36,624 bases of DNA from a virus (IMGVR_UViG_3300043932_000294:1-36624); one strand, 5' to 3'. Counted from the first letter of the stretch, positions 8,774 through 18,629 are shown. Numbers and translations are program-made. The notes: generated by a model from the letters alone, not told the origin.

Positions 8774-9622
8774 TCATAAATAGACTGGATCATAAGCAAT
8801 CCCGCAATCGAGGCTGTTCGTGTTTGTGTCAGTATAATACCGTAGTACGTTATCGCCCGCATTGAGCTGCAGATAATCACAGTCCGGGTCAACAAGATTG
8901 CTGATATCCATGTGTGCTCCACTGCGCAGCAGATCGGCCGATTGATTTTCCGTATCCACCGTGACAATATCCCCGGACTGCAAGTCCAAATGGTCAAACT
9001 GGAAATACTCGCGGGTATTGGCGTTGAGAATTCCGGGATTTTTGATTGACGCATGCGCCTGAAAAGTGATCAGCATTCCACAGGGCAGATCTCCGGGGTT
9101 ATAAATGTTTTTAATCAATGACTGATCACGGGTTGCAAAGGTAATCGCTTTAAAGACGGTTGGAAACTGGAATTTTTTAATCCATTGCGCAAGCTGTACG
9201 GACTGTGAGTCGGTTGCTCTGTAGCATGGCTGATATGCTGTTCCCGCAAGGTCAAATTCCAGAAGATAGGAAGTATCGTCTGCATGATTATCTTTGATGT
9301 CCGGCGTGCTTTTAAGGTGGAAAGAGATCACGCGGTCTTTTTCGGTGTCTACATACTGGAATTTCTGCAAGGGATTAAAAAAGGAACGCACAGAGCGTTC
9401 CAATAGATCCATTTCTGCTTGTGAGTCAGCCTTTAGATAGCATACAAATTCCAGTGGGCGAGTGCCGAGAGCCGTATGCAGGACGGATTCTCCAATTTGA
9501 TCAACACCTTTCGACGTTGTGTAGTTTGCGGGAATGGTTCCGAGATCGTAGGTGTATAGGATTCTGCGGTCATAGTCAAAGTCAAATTGTTTTCCTGTCG
9601 TGAGATTTTTAAAGTATTCCAT
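8774..9622 (-). CDS. Distal tail protein (Dit, Sipho_tail family)
   Basis: Directly after TMP; IYNPGDLPCGMLI, LQLNAGDNVLRY motifs. Confidence 0.85.
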   Translation of the reverse strand: MEYFKNLTTGKQFDFDYDRRILYTYDLGTIPANYTTSKGVDQIGESVLHTALGTRPLEFVCYLKADSQAEMDLLERSVRSFFNPLQKFQYVDTEKDRVISFHLKSTPDIKDNHADDTSYLLEFDLAGTAYQPCYRATDSQSVQLAQWIKKFQFPTVFKAITFATRDQSLIKNIYNPGDLPCGMLITFQAHASIKNPGILNANTREYFQFDHLDLQSGDIVTVDTENQSADLLRSGAHMDISNLVDPDCDYLQLNAGDNVLRYYTDTNTNSLDCGIAYDPVYL

Positions 9623-9637
9623 AGGCCATCCCTCCTT

Positions 9638-12600
9638 TTATAATCCGTGTGCGGCTTTGATTTGCTGACGGTGGAACTCTGCCGCTGCTGCTGCTGCGTC
9701 CATCTGCTGGTTTCCGTTGTTATTGATTGTGACATCTGGCGCCGCGGACATAAGCGAGGCGGTAAGTTCCCCTTTGAGGGATAAGATTCCGTCGGTAATG
9801 GCTTGTTTATAGGTGTTGGCGTTATCTTTGTCATACTGCACTTTAAGGACCTGCTTTAATGGCAGTTTTTGTCCCTGCACAACGTCATTGATGGATTCCC
9901 AGGTGCCAGTGTCAATAGTTGGTTTTACGACCATAGCATCACGCATACGCTCCGCAATCGCTCTGGACTGCTTTTCTATAGCAGGGGAGGACTGCTTTAA
10001 AAGTTCTGCGTACCGATTGACAAAATCTACCGGCCACTGCTCATAGTCACGCATAGGGCCATATTCCGGCCGAGAGCAGTGTAGGTTCCCCCATACTGCG
10101 TTAGCAAGCCCTACTGCAGCAAGCCCTACTGTTTTTAGCGTTCTGGTAATTCCACTTGCAAAATTAGATCCCATATCAAAGCCCCACCCGGATGACTGAT
10201 CTTGCAGCCCGGATAAAGGACTTTGGGCTTTGTCGGCCAGTTTTTGAGACGCACCATTTACGCCTTCCTGCTGCCCGCTAAGTCCGCCGGCAAGATTTAA
10301 ACCGGTACCAGACCCAACAGTATTTGCGGTGCCTTCCAGACCGGCATTAATAAGGGCTGTTTGTACATCATTTGCAATTCCAGATGCGCTCCCTGATACG
10401 TCGCCGCTTTTCCCGCTCATTCCACCGGCTAAGTTAGCGCCCGTGTTCGATCCAACCGTGTTCGCAGTATCTTCAAGACCCGCACCGGTTAAAGCATTCT
10501 TTGCACCTTCCGCGGTATCTCCGGCGGCACCGGAAACACCGCCGGCATTATCTGTTATTCCGGAGCTGAGAGCCTGATCAACGTCAATGCCAAGATTATT
10601 AAGTGCAGATATAATACCAGGTCTTTGATCCTCAGATGCACTTTGCAATTGCATCATTAGATCTACGGCCTTTTGTCGTACATCGGGGGAGGCACTCGCA
10701 AGAGATTCCGAGAGTTCGTCCGACATATCGATTCCGAGGGACTTTGCAGCATTTTTTATGGCAGGTGCGGTCATCTCTGCCCCTGCTGCTAATTGCATGC
10801 AAGCATCAATGGCCGCACTTTGATCGTCAGCACCCATTTTTGATATTGCTGTGACTGCGGCATCAGATATTTCTATCCCAAGACTTTTTAAGGTGGACTT
10901 AACGTCATCAAATCCCAGTGCCGCGCCTTCTGCGGCATCTCCGCCGGCTTTACGGTACTCTGCCTTTGCTTTGTTGGCTAAGTCTTGAGCATCTGACACC
11001 ATTTGCTGCGTTACAGTGTTATCTCCATCGGCGTATCTTTGCTTTAGGTCCTCAAAACTGCTTTCTGTGGAATTTACCTGATCTTCCAGCTGTTGCTTTG
11101 TAGCATTACCTGCCGCTGTATAAGATAAGGTGAGGCGATTTAAAAAGGTATTGGATAGATTGTAGTTTTTTTCCGCACTTGCACCAACAGCGTCATTATA
11201 GTTTTCTATCGTTTGCTGATACTTACCAACGACTGAGCTTGTTTCTCCGACAGTTTTTTGTGCCGCTTCCATTTCTGAGCGAGCGTCTGTGATCCTTTTG
11301 GTAAACGAGGCATCTAGCCCCTCGCCCCCTTTGGCTCCTAGGTCTGATTGTTCCTTAATCAGACCGTTATATTTATCTGTTGCGCTGTTTAATTTGTCCT
11401 GTGCTTCTGTCGCGTCTTTCCTCGCATCTGCAATTCCCTGCAGCGCGGTGGTGTATTTTGACTGATAGGCATCAAGATTGGCTTTATTCCTTTGTGCCTG
11501 AATAAGATCTTCCAAGCTTTGTTTTTCTTTGTTGTATTCTTGTATAACGCCATCTTCCACGGAGATATTGGTACCTAATGCGCCATTAAGCTCATTTAGA
11601 ATATAATTGACTCTATCTTCTTGCCCGTTCTTTACACGGCCGTTCGCATCGACAAGATTATCAAGCTCGGATTCCAGACTACGCAGATTATCAGATTCTG
11701 TGTTATTGGCGGACACATTTGCCTGTGTGCTGATAGATAATTTTTCCCAGGACTCTGCTTCTTGGGAAATCTTTTGAGATAGCGCATCGCACTCAGCCAT
11801 AAATTTGTTGTGAGCTTCTTCCTGCTTTTGATAAGCTGCATAGGCTGCCACGCCTACAGCAGTAATTGCAGCTACCGTTAGACCTGCAGGAGATACAACA
11901 CTGCCTAACGCCTTAGCCAGCCCTGCATTTTTATCGCTCAAAGTTTCTGCCGCAGCTGACAAGCTAATGTGCGCAGATTTGGCTTTTGACAAGGCCTGCG
12001 TTAATCCACCTACATTAGAGATCACTTTTCCCACACCAGATACCATTTTCCCCAATACCTTTAGAACCGGACCGCCTGCTGCGACATATATGGCGGCCTT
12101 AACAGCGGCATCCTTTTGCGAATCGGATAATTCGTCAAATTTATCAACTAGTCCACCAACAGTACTGATACCTTTTTCAGCATATGGGATCAGCTTTTCG
12201 CCGATTTCAATTCCTTCGTTTTTAATCTTATTAAGTTCTTTCTGCATTTTCATAGCAGGGGTAGCGTCCATCTTATCTGCAGCAGATTGTGCAGCACCTG
12301 CGGAACTTGCCATTTGCTGCAAAATTTCATTGTATTCTTTTCCACCATCGGACATAAGAGAGAATGCGGCACTTCCTGCTTCTACACTACCGAACATGTC
12401 GCTAAGTTGTTTACCACTTTTTGACGCGTAATCTTGTAGCATCTGCAGGATATCTGTAACGGATTTTCCGCTTGCCATTAAGTCCGAAAATCCCTTTCCA
12501 GATATTTGGTGCAAAGCTTGATCTGCAGCAGTACCACTTTTACCTAGTTCTTTGAGCATGGACGTAAGGTAGGTGGTTGCTTCTTCAGTCTTAATACCAC

Positions 12601-13783
12601 GTTTTGTCATGACTGCCATAGATGTACAGACTTCATCAATGGATACTTTATTTTCTTTGGCCGCTGGGATTACGCGTCCTAGACTAGATGCCAGTTGGTC
12701 AACAGTTGTTTTGCCGATATTCTGTGTGGTGATCAATTTATTGGAAATGGAGGAGGCATTATCTGCACTCAAGCCATAAGCATTGAGCACCGAAGTTACA
12801 ACGTCGACGGCCTTTGACGTATCGGTGAAACCGCCCCGGGCCAGCTTTACCATATCGGTTGTAAATCCAATGGCTTTGCCCGAATCCACACCTGCGGAAA
12901 TAGACTGATAGAGAGCCTCATTTAAATCTGTAACGGCTACGCCTGTTTGATTGGATGCATCTGTAATCCCAGTTTTAAGCCGATCGTAGGAAAGCTTTGT
13001 ACTGTCTGCAATAGTGCTAACCTTGGCATAGCTGGTTTCTGCGCTCTCAGCCCATTTATAAGAAGCAGTACCGGCAGCGACAAGAGGAGCTGTAACGGCA
13101 AGAGATAAAGTCCCACCGACTTTGCTCATTACTTTTCCTGCACTTTGCATTTTGTTTCCGACGCCTTCGGCAGCTACACCGAAAGCGTGCATTTTGCTCT
13201 CTGCAATGCTAAGTTCTCGTTCCATATTCTGGATATCTGCTTGAGTGTTGTTCATAGCAGCTGCATACTCGTTGATTTTGGCCTTTGAACCATCAATTTC
13301 AAGTTTTAGAGAAGCATGTCGGGACTGCTCCTGCAAAAGCTGATTGTTTAATTCTTGAGAAGCTTTTACCGCTTTTTGGTATTCTTCCGACTCTTTTCCG
13401 TGCGCATTTGCAGCATCCTGCACTTTTGCTTTTGATGCCTCGTATTTTTTGGAAAGCGCATCAATGTTTTTTCCGGTTTTATCATACTCGGTCTGGGATT
13501 TTTTGATAATTTCATTTAATCCGGATATGCCGGTCTTATAAGCCTCTGTCTTTTGCTTTGCAATTTCAATTTCAGCCGATAGGCGCTTGGATTTTTGCGC
13601 GGCGTCATTAAATACACCGCCCACACCTTTAGTGGCAGTTTCCATCAACCGCAGCTGTGATTCTGTAAGATTTCCAGTACGCTCAAGCTGCTGTAACTGA
13701 CCTACTGTGGAAGCGACGCCTTTCTGTAAGTTGGAAAAATCAAGGTCAATATGGCCTTCCGCCACGCCTAAATCAATAGCCAT
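9638..13783 (-). CDS. Tail tape measure protein (TP901-type core), 1381 aa
   Basis: Long Ala/Gly-rich helical protein; LNEALYQSISAGVD, TQNIGKTTVDQLASSLGRVIP; central hydrophobic segments. Confidence 0.95.
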   Translation of the reverse strand: MAIDLGVAEGHIDLDFSNLQKGVASTVGQLQQLERTGNLTESQLRLMETATKGVGGVFNDAAQKSKRLSAEIEIAKQKTEAYKTGISGLNEIIKKSQTEYDKTGKNIDALSKKYEASKAKVQDAANAHGKESEEYQKAVKASQELNNQLLQEQSRHASLKLEIDGSKAKINEYAAAMNNTQADIQNMERELSIAESKMHAFGVAAEGVGNKMQSAGKVMSKVGGTLSLAVTAPLVAAGTASYKWAESAETSYAKVSTIADSTKLSYDRLKTGITDASNQTGVAVTDLNEALYQSISAGVDSGKAIGFTTDMVKLARGGFTDTSKAVDVVTSVLNAYGLSADNASSISNKLITTQNIGKTTVDQLASSLGRVIPAAKENKVSIDEVCTSMAVMTKRGIKTEEATTYLTSMLKELGKSGTAADQALHQISGKGFSDLMASGKSVTDILQMLQDYASKSGKQLSDMFGSVEAGSAAFSLMSDGGKEYNEILQQMASSAGAAQSAADKMDATPAMKMQKELNKIKNEGIEIGEKLIPYAEKGISTVGGLVDKFDELSDSQKDAAVKAAIYVAAGGPVLKVLGKMVSGVGKVISNVGGLTQALSKAKSAHISLSAAAETLSDKNAGLAKALGSVVSPAGLTVAAITAVGVAAYAAYQKQEEAHNKFMAECDALSQKISQEAESWEKLSISTQANVSANNTESDNLRSLESELDNLVDANGRVKNGQEDRVNYILNELNGALGTNISVEDGVIQEYNKEKQSLEDLIQAQRNKANLDAYQSKYTTALQGIADARKDATEAQDKLNSATDKYNGLIKEQSDLGAKGGEGLDASFTKRITDARSEMEAAQKTVGETSSVVGKYQQTIENYNDAVGASAEKNYNLSNTFLNRLTLSYTAAGNATKQQLEDQVNSTESSFEDLKQRYADGDNTVTQQMVSDAQDLANKAKAEYRKAGGDAAEGAALGFDDVKSTLKSLGIEISDAAVTAISKMGADDQSAAIDACMQLAAGAEMTAPAIKNAAKSLGIDMSDELSESLASASPDVRQKAVDLMMQLQSASEDQRPGIISALNNLGIDVDQALSSGITDNAGGVSGAAGDTAEGAKNALTGAGLEDTANTVGSNTGANLAGGMSGKSGDVSGSASGIANDVQTALINAGLEGTANTVGSGTGLNLAGGLSGQQEGVNGASQKLADKAQSPLSGLQDQSSGWGFDMGSNFASGITRTLKTVGLAAVGLANAVWGNLHCSRPEYGPMRDYEQWPVDFVNRYAELLKQSSPAIEKQSRAIAERMRDAMVVKPTIDTGTWESINDVVQGQKLPLKQVLKVQYDKDNANTYKQAITDGILSLKGELTASLMSAAPDVTINNNGNQQMDAAAAAAEFHRQQIKAAHGL

Positions 13784-13799
13784 TTAATCGCCTCCTGTT

Positions 13800-13842
13800 T
13801 AAAAATGGGTATAAAAATACCCCGGATATAACACCCGAGGTA
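13800..13842 (-). terminator. Terminator-like hairpin plus conserved 20-nt tail after the lipoprotein moron
   Basis: Minus strand TACCTCGGG-loop-TCCGGGGTA then TTTTTATACCCATTTTTA. Confidence 0.7.
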
Positions 13843-13861
13843 AAATGAGTTATTGAAATGA

Positions 13862-14224
13862 TCACTCAATACGTTTAAATTCGGAACCGTCATATTCAAA
13901 TTTTACAAAATCGTGCTGAGGCTTTTCTTCCATAATTGTAACGGTTATTTTAGAATACTTGCGTCCAAGCTCGGAATCCAAAATATTAGTAATTGCTTTT
14001 GTTTGTCCATTGGTAAGGACAGATCCACTATAATCTAGGTCAACGCTCAGCTCTTTTTTGTCTCCTGAAGCACTTTCTTTATAAGTGGAATAATTTAAGG
14101 TGTTTCCTCCACTTTGCAGTTTTGCATCTACGCTTGGAAATTTTACTTCTTTAGAACTCCCACCGCACCCTGCTAAGGCAAAGCACATAATTGCCGCCAA
14201 AAGCAGTGCAAAAAACTTTTTCAT
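13862..14224 (-). CDS. Lipoprotein moron, candidate superinfection exclusion protein
   Basis: MKKFFALLLAAIMCFALAG-C lipobox; own promoter and terminator; AT-rich; alternative start 14230. Confidence 0.8.
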   Translation of the reverse strand: MKKFFALLLAAIMCFALAGCGGSSKEVKFPSVDAKLQSGGNTLNYSTYKESASGDKKELSVDLDYSGSVLTNGQTKAITNILDSELGRKYSKITVTIMEEKPQHDFVKFEYDGSEFKRIE

Positions 14225-14245
14225 AAACATCTCTCCTTCATGGAA

Positions 14246-14274
14246 ATTATACGCCGGTCAATCAATTTTGACAA
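14246..14274 (-). promoter_or_regulatory. SigmaA promoter for the lipoprotein
   Basis: TTGTCA-N17-TATAAT, overlapping the end of the chaperone extension frame. Confidence 0.75.
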
Positions 14275-14477
14275 GGATTCCCATATAGCTCAAGGAAAGT
14301 TGTTTCGTACCGATAGGTGGGTTCTTCACCAAGTGACCGCTTGGAATCTATGTAAAGACACGCTTCATCAAAGCAGTACGCTGTGTAGGGATCATCAATG
14401 CTTAGTAACTCTGCGGGCCTTTTTCGGTACGCTTTCGCCATCGTGATCGTCCCCAGAAGGCTTTGACTCTTGACGAA
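14262..14477 (-). CDS. Tail assembly chaperone C-terminal extension (gpT-like), reached by +1 frameshift
   Basis: Open +1 frame FVKSQSLLGTITMAKAYRKRPAELLSIDDPYTAYCFDEAC..; lies between chaperone and TMP. Confidence 0.7.
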   Translation of the reverse strand, partial: FVKSQSLLGTITMAKAYRKRPAELLSIDDPYTAYCFDEACLYIDSKRSLGEEPTYRYETTFLELYGNPCQN

Positions 14478-14844
14478 ATCGACGGAGGATATCAACCCCC
14501 GTTTGGCTGTAATTATAAATGTAGGTGAGCTGTACATCGGTGAGGTGAATTCCGGCAGCCTGCAGTTCCTCATAAGAAGGGGAGACAAGAGACGCTTTTG
14601 CAATCGCTTCAAATACCTTTGCCATATTGAGAAAATCGCTCTCTCCAGCCTTGTTTGTGCCACCGGTAAATAAGTCTGCCGCTGTATGCAGAAGTGGGTT
14701 TGGAATATCGCCGGACTGTGCCAAAAGAAGCATGGACGGCCGACGGAGCTTTACCGTAAAGATTTCGTCCTCTGCGAATCCTGGAAGATCAACTTCCACA
14801 CCTTCCGCATACTTTTTAATTTCAGAGATATTTGTAACTGCCAT
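14395..14844 (-). CDS. Tail assembly chaperone (gpG-like)
   Basis: Follows major tail gene; RBS AGGAGG; LRRPSMLLL..G.IPNPLL; TTT CGT at codons 123-124. Confidence 0.8.
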   Translation of the reverse strand: MAVTNISEIKKYAEGVEVDLPGFAEDEIFTVKLRRPSMLLLAQSGDIPNPLLHTAADLFTGGTNKAGESDFLNMAKVFEAIAKASLVSPSYEELQAAGIHLTDVQLTYIYNYSQTGVDILRRFRQESKPSGDDHDGESVPKKARRVTKH

Positions 14845-14917
14845 AATAATGTTTCCTCCTAAATTTTAGATTTCTGGAAGCAGGGACTATTAAACCCGCC
14901 CCTGCCGTTGGATTGAT

Positions 14918-15487
14918 TTACGCTGCCGTTACTGTGGGAAGTGCAGCAACAATTGTCATTGCATAGGGAGCCTGACCTCCGCCCGGTGTGCTGTTGATCG
15001 TGTACTCATTGACCTGGAATACGTTATCCTCAGCGCCCATGCAGACCGGAACACCAATACAATGCGGATAAGCAATGCAGGAGTAACCTGTAGTGGTGGA
15101 GCCTTCCATGATTGCGGAGTAGGCTTTCAGCGTTCCGGGTTTGCCTTCGGACTTGCCGGACACCGGGGGAGTGTACCCAGTGATTTTTTTACTGGTTTCG
15201 TCCTTTGTCAGAATACCGCCCTGCAGCATCTGAATCAGGTCCATAATCACCAGGTTGTCGGTTAAAGTTAACTTGTGACCGGTGACCGTAGTTTGTTCCG
15301 GCTTTTTTGCGATTGATTCACCTTTGATGACCAGTTCCACCGCATCGGTCGCTTTGGTTTGCTGTTCGACGCCGAGCTTTGTACCGGACGTGATTGCAAT
15401 CGGTGCCACGGTGGTGTCGTCCGGCTCAAAGACAATCATGGCGCAGTCGATGAGCGCCATGCCCTTCGGTTTTGTAATATCTGCCAT
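14918..15487 (-). CDS. Major tail (tube) protein
   Basis: Synteny (after tail completion genes, before chaperone), 189 aa, Thr/Gly-rich beta composition. Confidence 0.75.
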   Translation of the reverse strand: MADITKPKGMALIDCAMIVFEPDDTTVAPIAITSGTKLGVEQQTKATDAVELVIKGESIAKKPEQTTVTGHKLTLTDNLVIMDLIQMLQGGILTKDETSKKITGYTPPVSGKSEGKPGTLKAYSAIMEGSTTTGYSCIAYPHCIGVPVCMGAEDNVFQVNEYTINSTPGGGQAPYAMTIVAALPTVTAA

Positions 15488-15503
15488 AATATCAGTTCCT
15501 TTC

Positions 15504-15857
15504 TTAATTACGATTCACTTTGGATTCTTTAATCAGCCTGTAAGTAAGGTTTGTCATGTATCCCAATACATCGGGGTCAAGATAATGCGGCCCCGGACCG
15601 TCTACCAGTTTGAGCGTAGGGAAGAGGCCATTCATGCTCTCTTTTACAGAGTCAATATAATCTTCAAACTGATAATAATAATCAGAGGGATAATAAAGGA
15701 GCAGCTCATAAAGAGTCTGCTCCATATCTATCCCGCGATCTCCGTCTCCGTTGTTGCGGATGACGATGTACGGTGTCTTGCAGGTGCCCTCATGCTGCCC
15801 GAGAGCGTACACATCAAAGCCCTTGCTTTTGAGATAGTCGTATATTGTTTTCCACAT
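15504..15857 (-). CDS. Tail terminator/completion protein
   Basis: MWKTIYDYLKSKGFDVY..GQH.G.CKTPY; synteny; start reassigned to ATG 15857. Confidence 0.65.
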   Translation of the reverse strand: MWKTIYDYLKSKGFDVYALGQHEGTCKTPYIVIRNNGDGDRGIDMEQTLYELLLYYPSDYYYQFEDYIDSVKESMNGLFPTLKLVDGPGPHYLDPDVLGYMTNLTYRLIKESKVNRN

Positions 15858-15861
15858 ACGA

Positions 15862-16206
15862 TCACAACCTGTCAAATAAATTCTGCAGGCCGTTCATGAC
15901 TCCAGGACCTTCCTGCTGCAGAGTTGGATAAATTACCGCATATCGCTTTTCGTTGGCAAATTCCAGATAGACGCCATATTCCACGCCATGCGCGAGAGAG
16001 ATGCGGATTCCGGTATCGATTCTTTCGCAGTCACCATGCAAACGTTGACGTGCTTGTGCTGTCCGGTCAGTCCATGGGCGATCTTCCTTCGCCTTTGCTT
16101 CGATCTTACTTGCGGCGGTGCGGCCATAGGCCATCACAGCCTGCTGTACTTTTTGGGGAAGCGCATCAAGCGACTGGTAGATTTCTCCGAAATCAAACAT
16201 GCTCAT
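15862..16206 (-). CDS. HK97 gp10-like tail component
   Basis: PWTDRT..AR..L and LAHGVEYGVYLE motifs. Confidence 0.8.
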   Translation of the reverse strand: MSMFDFGEIYQSLDALPQKVQQAVMAYGRTAASKIEAKAKEDRPWTDRTAQARQRLHGDCERIDTGIRISLAHGVEYGVYLEFANEKRYAVIYPTLQQEGPGVMNGLQNLFDRL

Positions 16207-16559
16207 GTGCTATCGACCTCCGTCAATGACAAGTCCATGCAGATCCCCAGCATTCCAACATCATCTACCGTGTTCACCGTGAAAGTGTGGCCACTGATTT
16301 TCAGGGTGTCGCCCTTTTTGGGATAAGAGGAATGGAGAATGAGAAACATGGGCTGCTTATTATCTGACAACTTTCCTGCTTCCTGAATAGTCACGTTGAG
16401 GTAACTGTTTGACGTGTGGAAAAGCCCCTTTAAGTCAGTAACTTTTTCCGGAATCCCCGGAGAGCCGTACTGCCCTTTTCCAGGGCGCCACAGCTCTGCG
16501 GATTTTCCATACTGCTCAATCGCCTGTGATAGCGTATAAGCTTGCTGTATCAATCCCAT
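16203..16559 (-). CDS. Head closure / head-tail joining protein
   Basis: Synteny; C-terminal KKGDTLKISGHTFTV motif. Confidence 0.65.
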   Translation of the reverse strand: MGLIQQAYTLSQAIEQYGKSAELWRPGKGQYGSPGIPEKVTDLKGLFHTSNSYLNVTIQEAGKLSDNKQPMFLILHSSYPKKGDTLKISGHTFTVNTVDDVGMLGICMDLSLTEVDST

Positions 16560-16562
16560 AAA

Positions 16563-16826
16563 TTATCCTCCCTCGATCACACACGAACCGGACGGGCGCA
16601 CAGAGGCGGCAAGCCGCAGCCAGTAACGAGACGTATCGGCAAGCGTTAATCCGGATACTTGTACGGTGCTGTTTTCTGCCTTAATAATCAGACAGCGATA
16701 GGCCGCGAGGTCAATGTCTCCGCCGGCTCGCTGGAGCTGATAGTTGAGCTCGTCATCACTAAAATAAGGCGCCTGCTTTTCTCGGCACAGCATTTTAAGT
16801 TCTTCCAGCGGTTTCATTGTTTCCAT
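16563..16826 (-). CDS. Head-tail connector (adaptor)
   Basis: Immediately after capsid gene; PYFSDDEL helical pattern. Confidence 0.65.
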   Translation of the reverse strand: METMKPLEELKMLCREKQAPYFSDDELNYQLQRAGGDIDLAAYRCLIIKAENSTVQVSGLTLADTSRYWLRLAASVRPSGSCVIEGG

Positions 16827-16839
16827 TGCTTACGCCTTC

Positions 16840-17877
16840 TTAGCCGTTTGTAATGAGTGCGGCCATTGGAATTGCCTTGGGGTCGAATTGAATTGCCCAG
16901 TTGGAGGAATTGCCAAGCTGTTGATTGGTAGGAGATTCACTCCAGCCAGAGGTAGGCACTTTAAAACTAAATCCGTTCGGATGAATGGTTTCACGGATAC
17001 GGGTATATAAGGTTTCCTGGCCGCCGTTTTTGGCCGGATCATACTGTGTGTCGTTCGGATGATCCAAACGGGCATTTGCTGTCCGAAGTACACCGCCGCC
17101 TAAAAGATAAGTGGTATATTTTATGAGCCCTTTATTGGCGCCGTCTCCTCCGACAGCCACTGCCGGCACACCATCATCGATCACTACGGTATATCCGTTC
17201 ATAGATCCTAAATTCAGCGGCCGCTGAATTCCATTCGCATCAGTCTGCTTCCAATACTCTAACAACTGTTTGTTTTCTAAGGTCTTGGCAACATTGGAAT
17301 GCATAATAACCAGTGAAAACAGCGACTTGTTGTCACCAAGTGCTTCGGTCGCAAGGTTATTTAGATCTGTATCTCCGATGACGTAGGGGGTAGCGGTCGC
17401 ACTGCTTAAGTCCACTACATGATTATCCTGCCACTTCTTGGCATTGCCGGAGGCTCCGCTAACGCCCATCGCAGCATTGAGAATCTGCAGCATGACAGCC
17501 TGACGCTGTTTCTGCCAATATCGCGCTACAGATTGTGCGATATGTCCCATGGGGTCATTCCCGACTAATTCTGCCGCAAAATTTCTGGCAGTAAAACCTT
17601 TTGCACGGCCATAGACTACACCGGTTTGACTGCCGCCGTCTGTTTCAGTAGCAGGAATGTCGGTCTGACCGTCATAGTTAACGGGATCACCGCCGAGAAT
17701 GTTATAAAACGGCACGGTGTATAAATTTCCGCTTCCGCTGATTTGCTGTGCAATTACACCGTCCTGTGCCATTGCACCACTGTTTAAAATAGCGGTGCGT
17801 ACTGGGTCTGGAGCTTCACTCCAGGCATTGTGAAATAGTTCCTCGTCAAAAGGAAATCCTAAAAATGTTTCAGGCAT
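16840..17877 (-). CDS. Major capsid protein
   Basis: 345 aa after scaffold; NYDGQTDI, IMHSNVA..LE, VVIDDGVP, HPNGFSF, NW motifs. Confidence 0.9.
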   Translation of the reverse strand: MPETFLGFPFDEELFHNAWSEAPDPVRTAILNSGAMAQDGVIAQQISGSGNLYTVPFYNILGGDPVNYDGQTDIPATETDGGSQTGVVYGRAKGFTARNFAAELVGNDPMGHIAQSVARYWQKQRQAVMLQILNAAMGVSGASGNAKKWQDNHVVDLSSATATPYVIGDTDLNNLATEALGDNKSLFSLVIMHSNVAKTLENKQLLEYWKQTDANGIQRPLNLGSMNGYTVVIDDGVPAVAVGGDGANKGLIKYTTYLLGGGVLRTANARLDHPNDTQYDPAKNGGQETLYTRIRETIHPNGFSFKVPTSGWSESPTNQQLGNSSNWAIQFDPKAIPMAALITNG

Positions 17878-17879
17878 GA

Positions 17880-18491
17880 TTATTTACCTCCTGTTTCATT
17901 TGCCATTAGCGCTTGATAGGCTTCTGGCTGTTCAGTTTTGAGCTTAAACTGCTCCATATAGGGCAGCTTAAAAAACTCTTCTTTTGTCATGGGCTTTTCC
18001 GATTGGTGGTGGCTGCGCTGGAAGTTTCCGAGACTTCCGGTCCCGCCGGTTGGCTTTTGGGGGTCTGTACCTGAGTCAGCCTCAGGAAACATGGTGGCAT
18101 AGTCCTTTTTGCAGGATTCCAGCAGAGCATCGGAGCCCTTTAAAGTGCCGTCGTCTGCAAATTCCACTTTGTCGCCGAGCTTAAAGATAATGTAATCCGT
18201 ATCCTTACAGCCGGCTTTTGTCAGTGTGGATTTAAGGTTCCAGCTCTGCAAATCCTTTTTGCGTCCGTCCTTTTCGGCCTGCAGCTGAGTCTGCAGATCT
18301 TTCACGTCGACTTTTTCAAGATCCGCAACTTTTGTATTAGCTGCCGTAAGGTCGGTGCGCAGGGTGCCAATCTCGGTGTCTTTGGTCTTGAGCTGGGTGC
18401 GCAGGGTAGTCATCTCAGTTCCATTTTGATCTAAGATTTTGTCGATCACATCTTTTTCAAGGCCCAGGTCAGTCAAAAATTTTCTGTCCAT
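17880..18491 (-). CDS. Capsid scaffolding protein (Gp20-like)
   Basis: MDRKFLTDLGLEKDVIDKI start with RBS AAAGGAG; coiled coil; C-terminal MTKEEF..PEAYQAL. Confidence 0.85.
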   Translation of the reverse strand: MDRKFLTDLGLEKDVIDKILDQNGTEMTTLRTQLKTKDTEIGTLRTDLTAANTKVADLEKVDVKDLQTQLQAEKDGRKKDLQSWNLKSTLTKAGCKDTDYIIFKLGDKVEFADDGTLKGSDALLESCKKDYATMFPEADSGTDPQKPTGGTGSLGNFQRSHHQSEKPMTKEEFFKLPYMEQFKLKTEQPEAYQALMANETGGK

Positions 18492-18585
18492 ACTTTGTGC
18501 TCCTTTCACAACACACGTTTTTAACGAGGTTCCGATCCTCCGTTGTCCCGTAGTTTCGCGACTTCGGGCCGGTCAATTTTTGTAT

Positions 18586-18613
18586 GAAAAAAGCAGCCCC
18601 ATAAAGGCTGCTT
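18586..18613 (-). terminator. Hairpin terminator upstream of the scaffold leader
   Basis: AAGCAGCC-tttatgg-GGCTGCTT followed by TTTT. Confidence 0.7.
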
Positions 18614-18629
18614 CGTTCTGAAATTGTGT

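Noticed and set aside
15282-15899. 205-aa plus-strand ORF and similar antisense ORFs across the head/tail/TMP genes
   Set aside because: Shadows of well-supported minus-strand structural genes.
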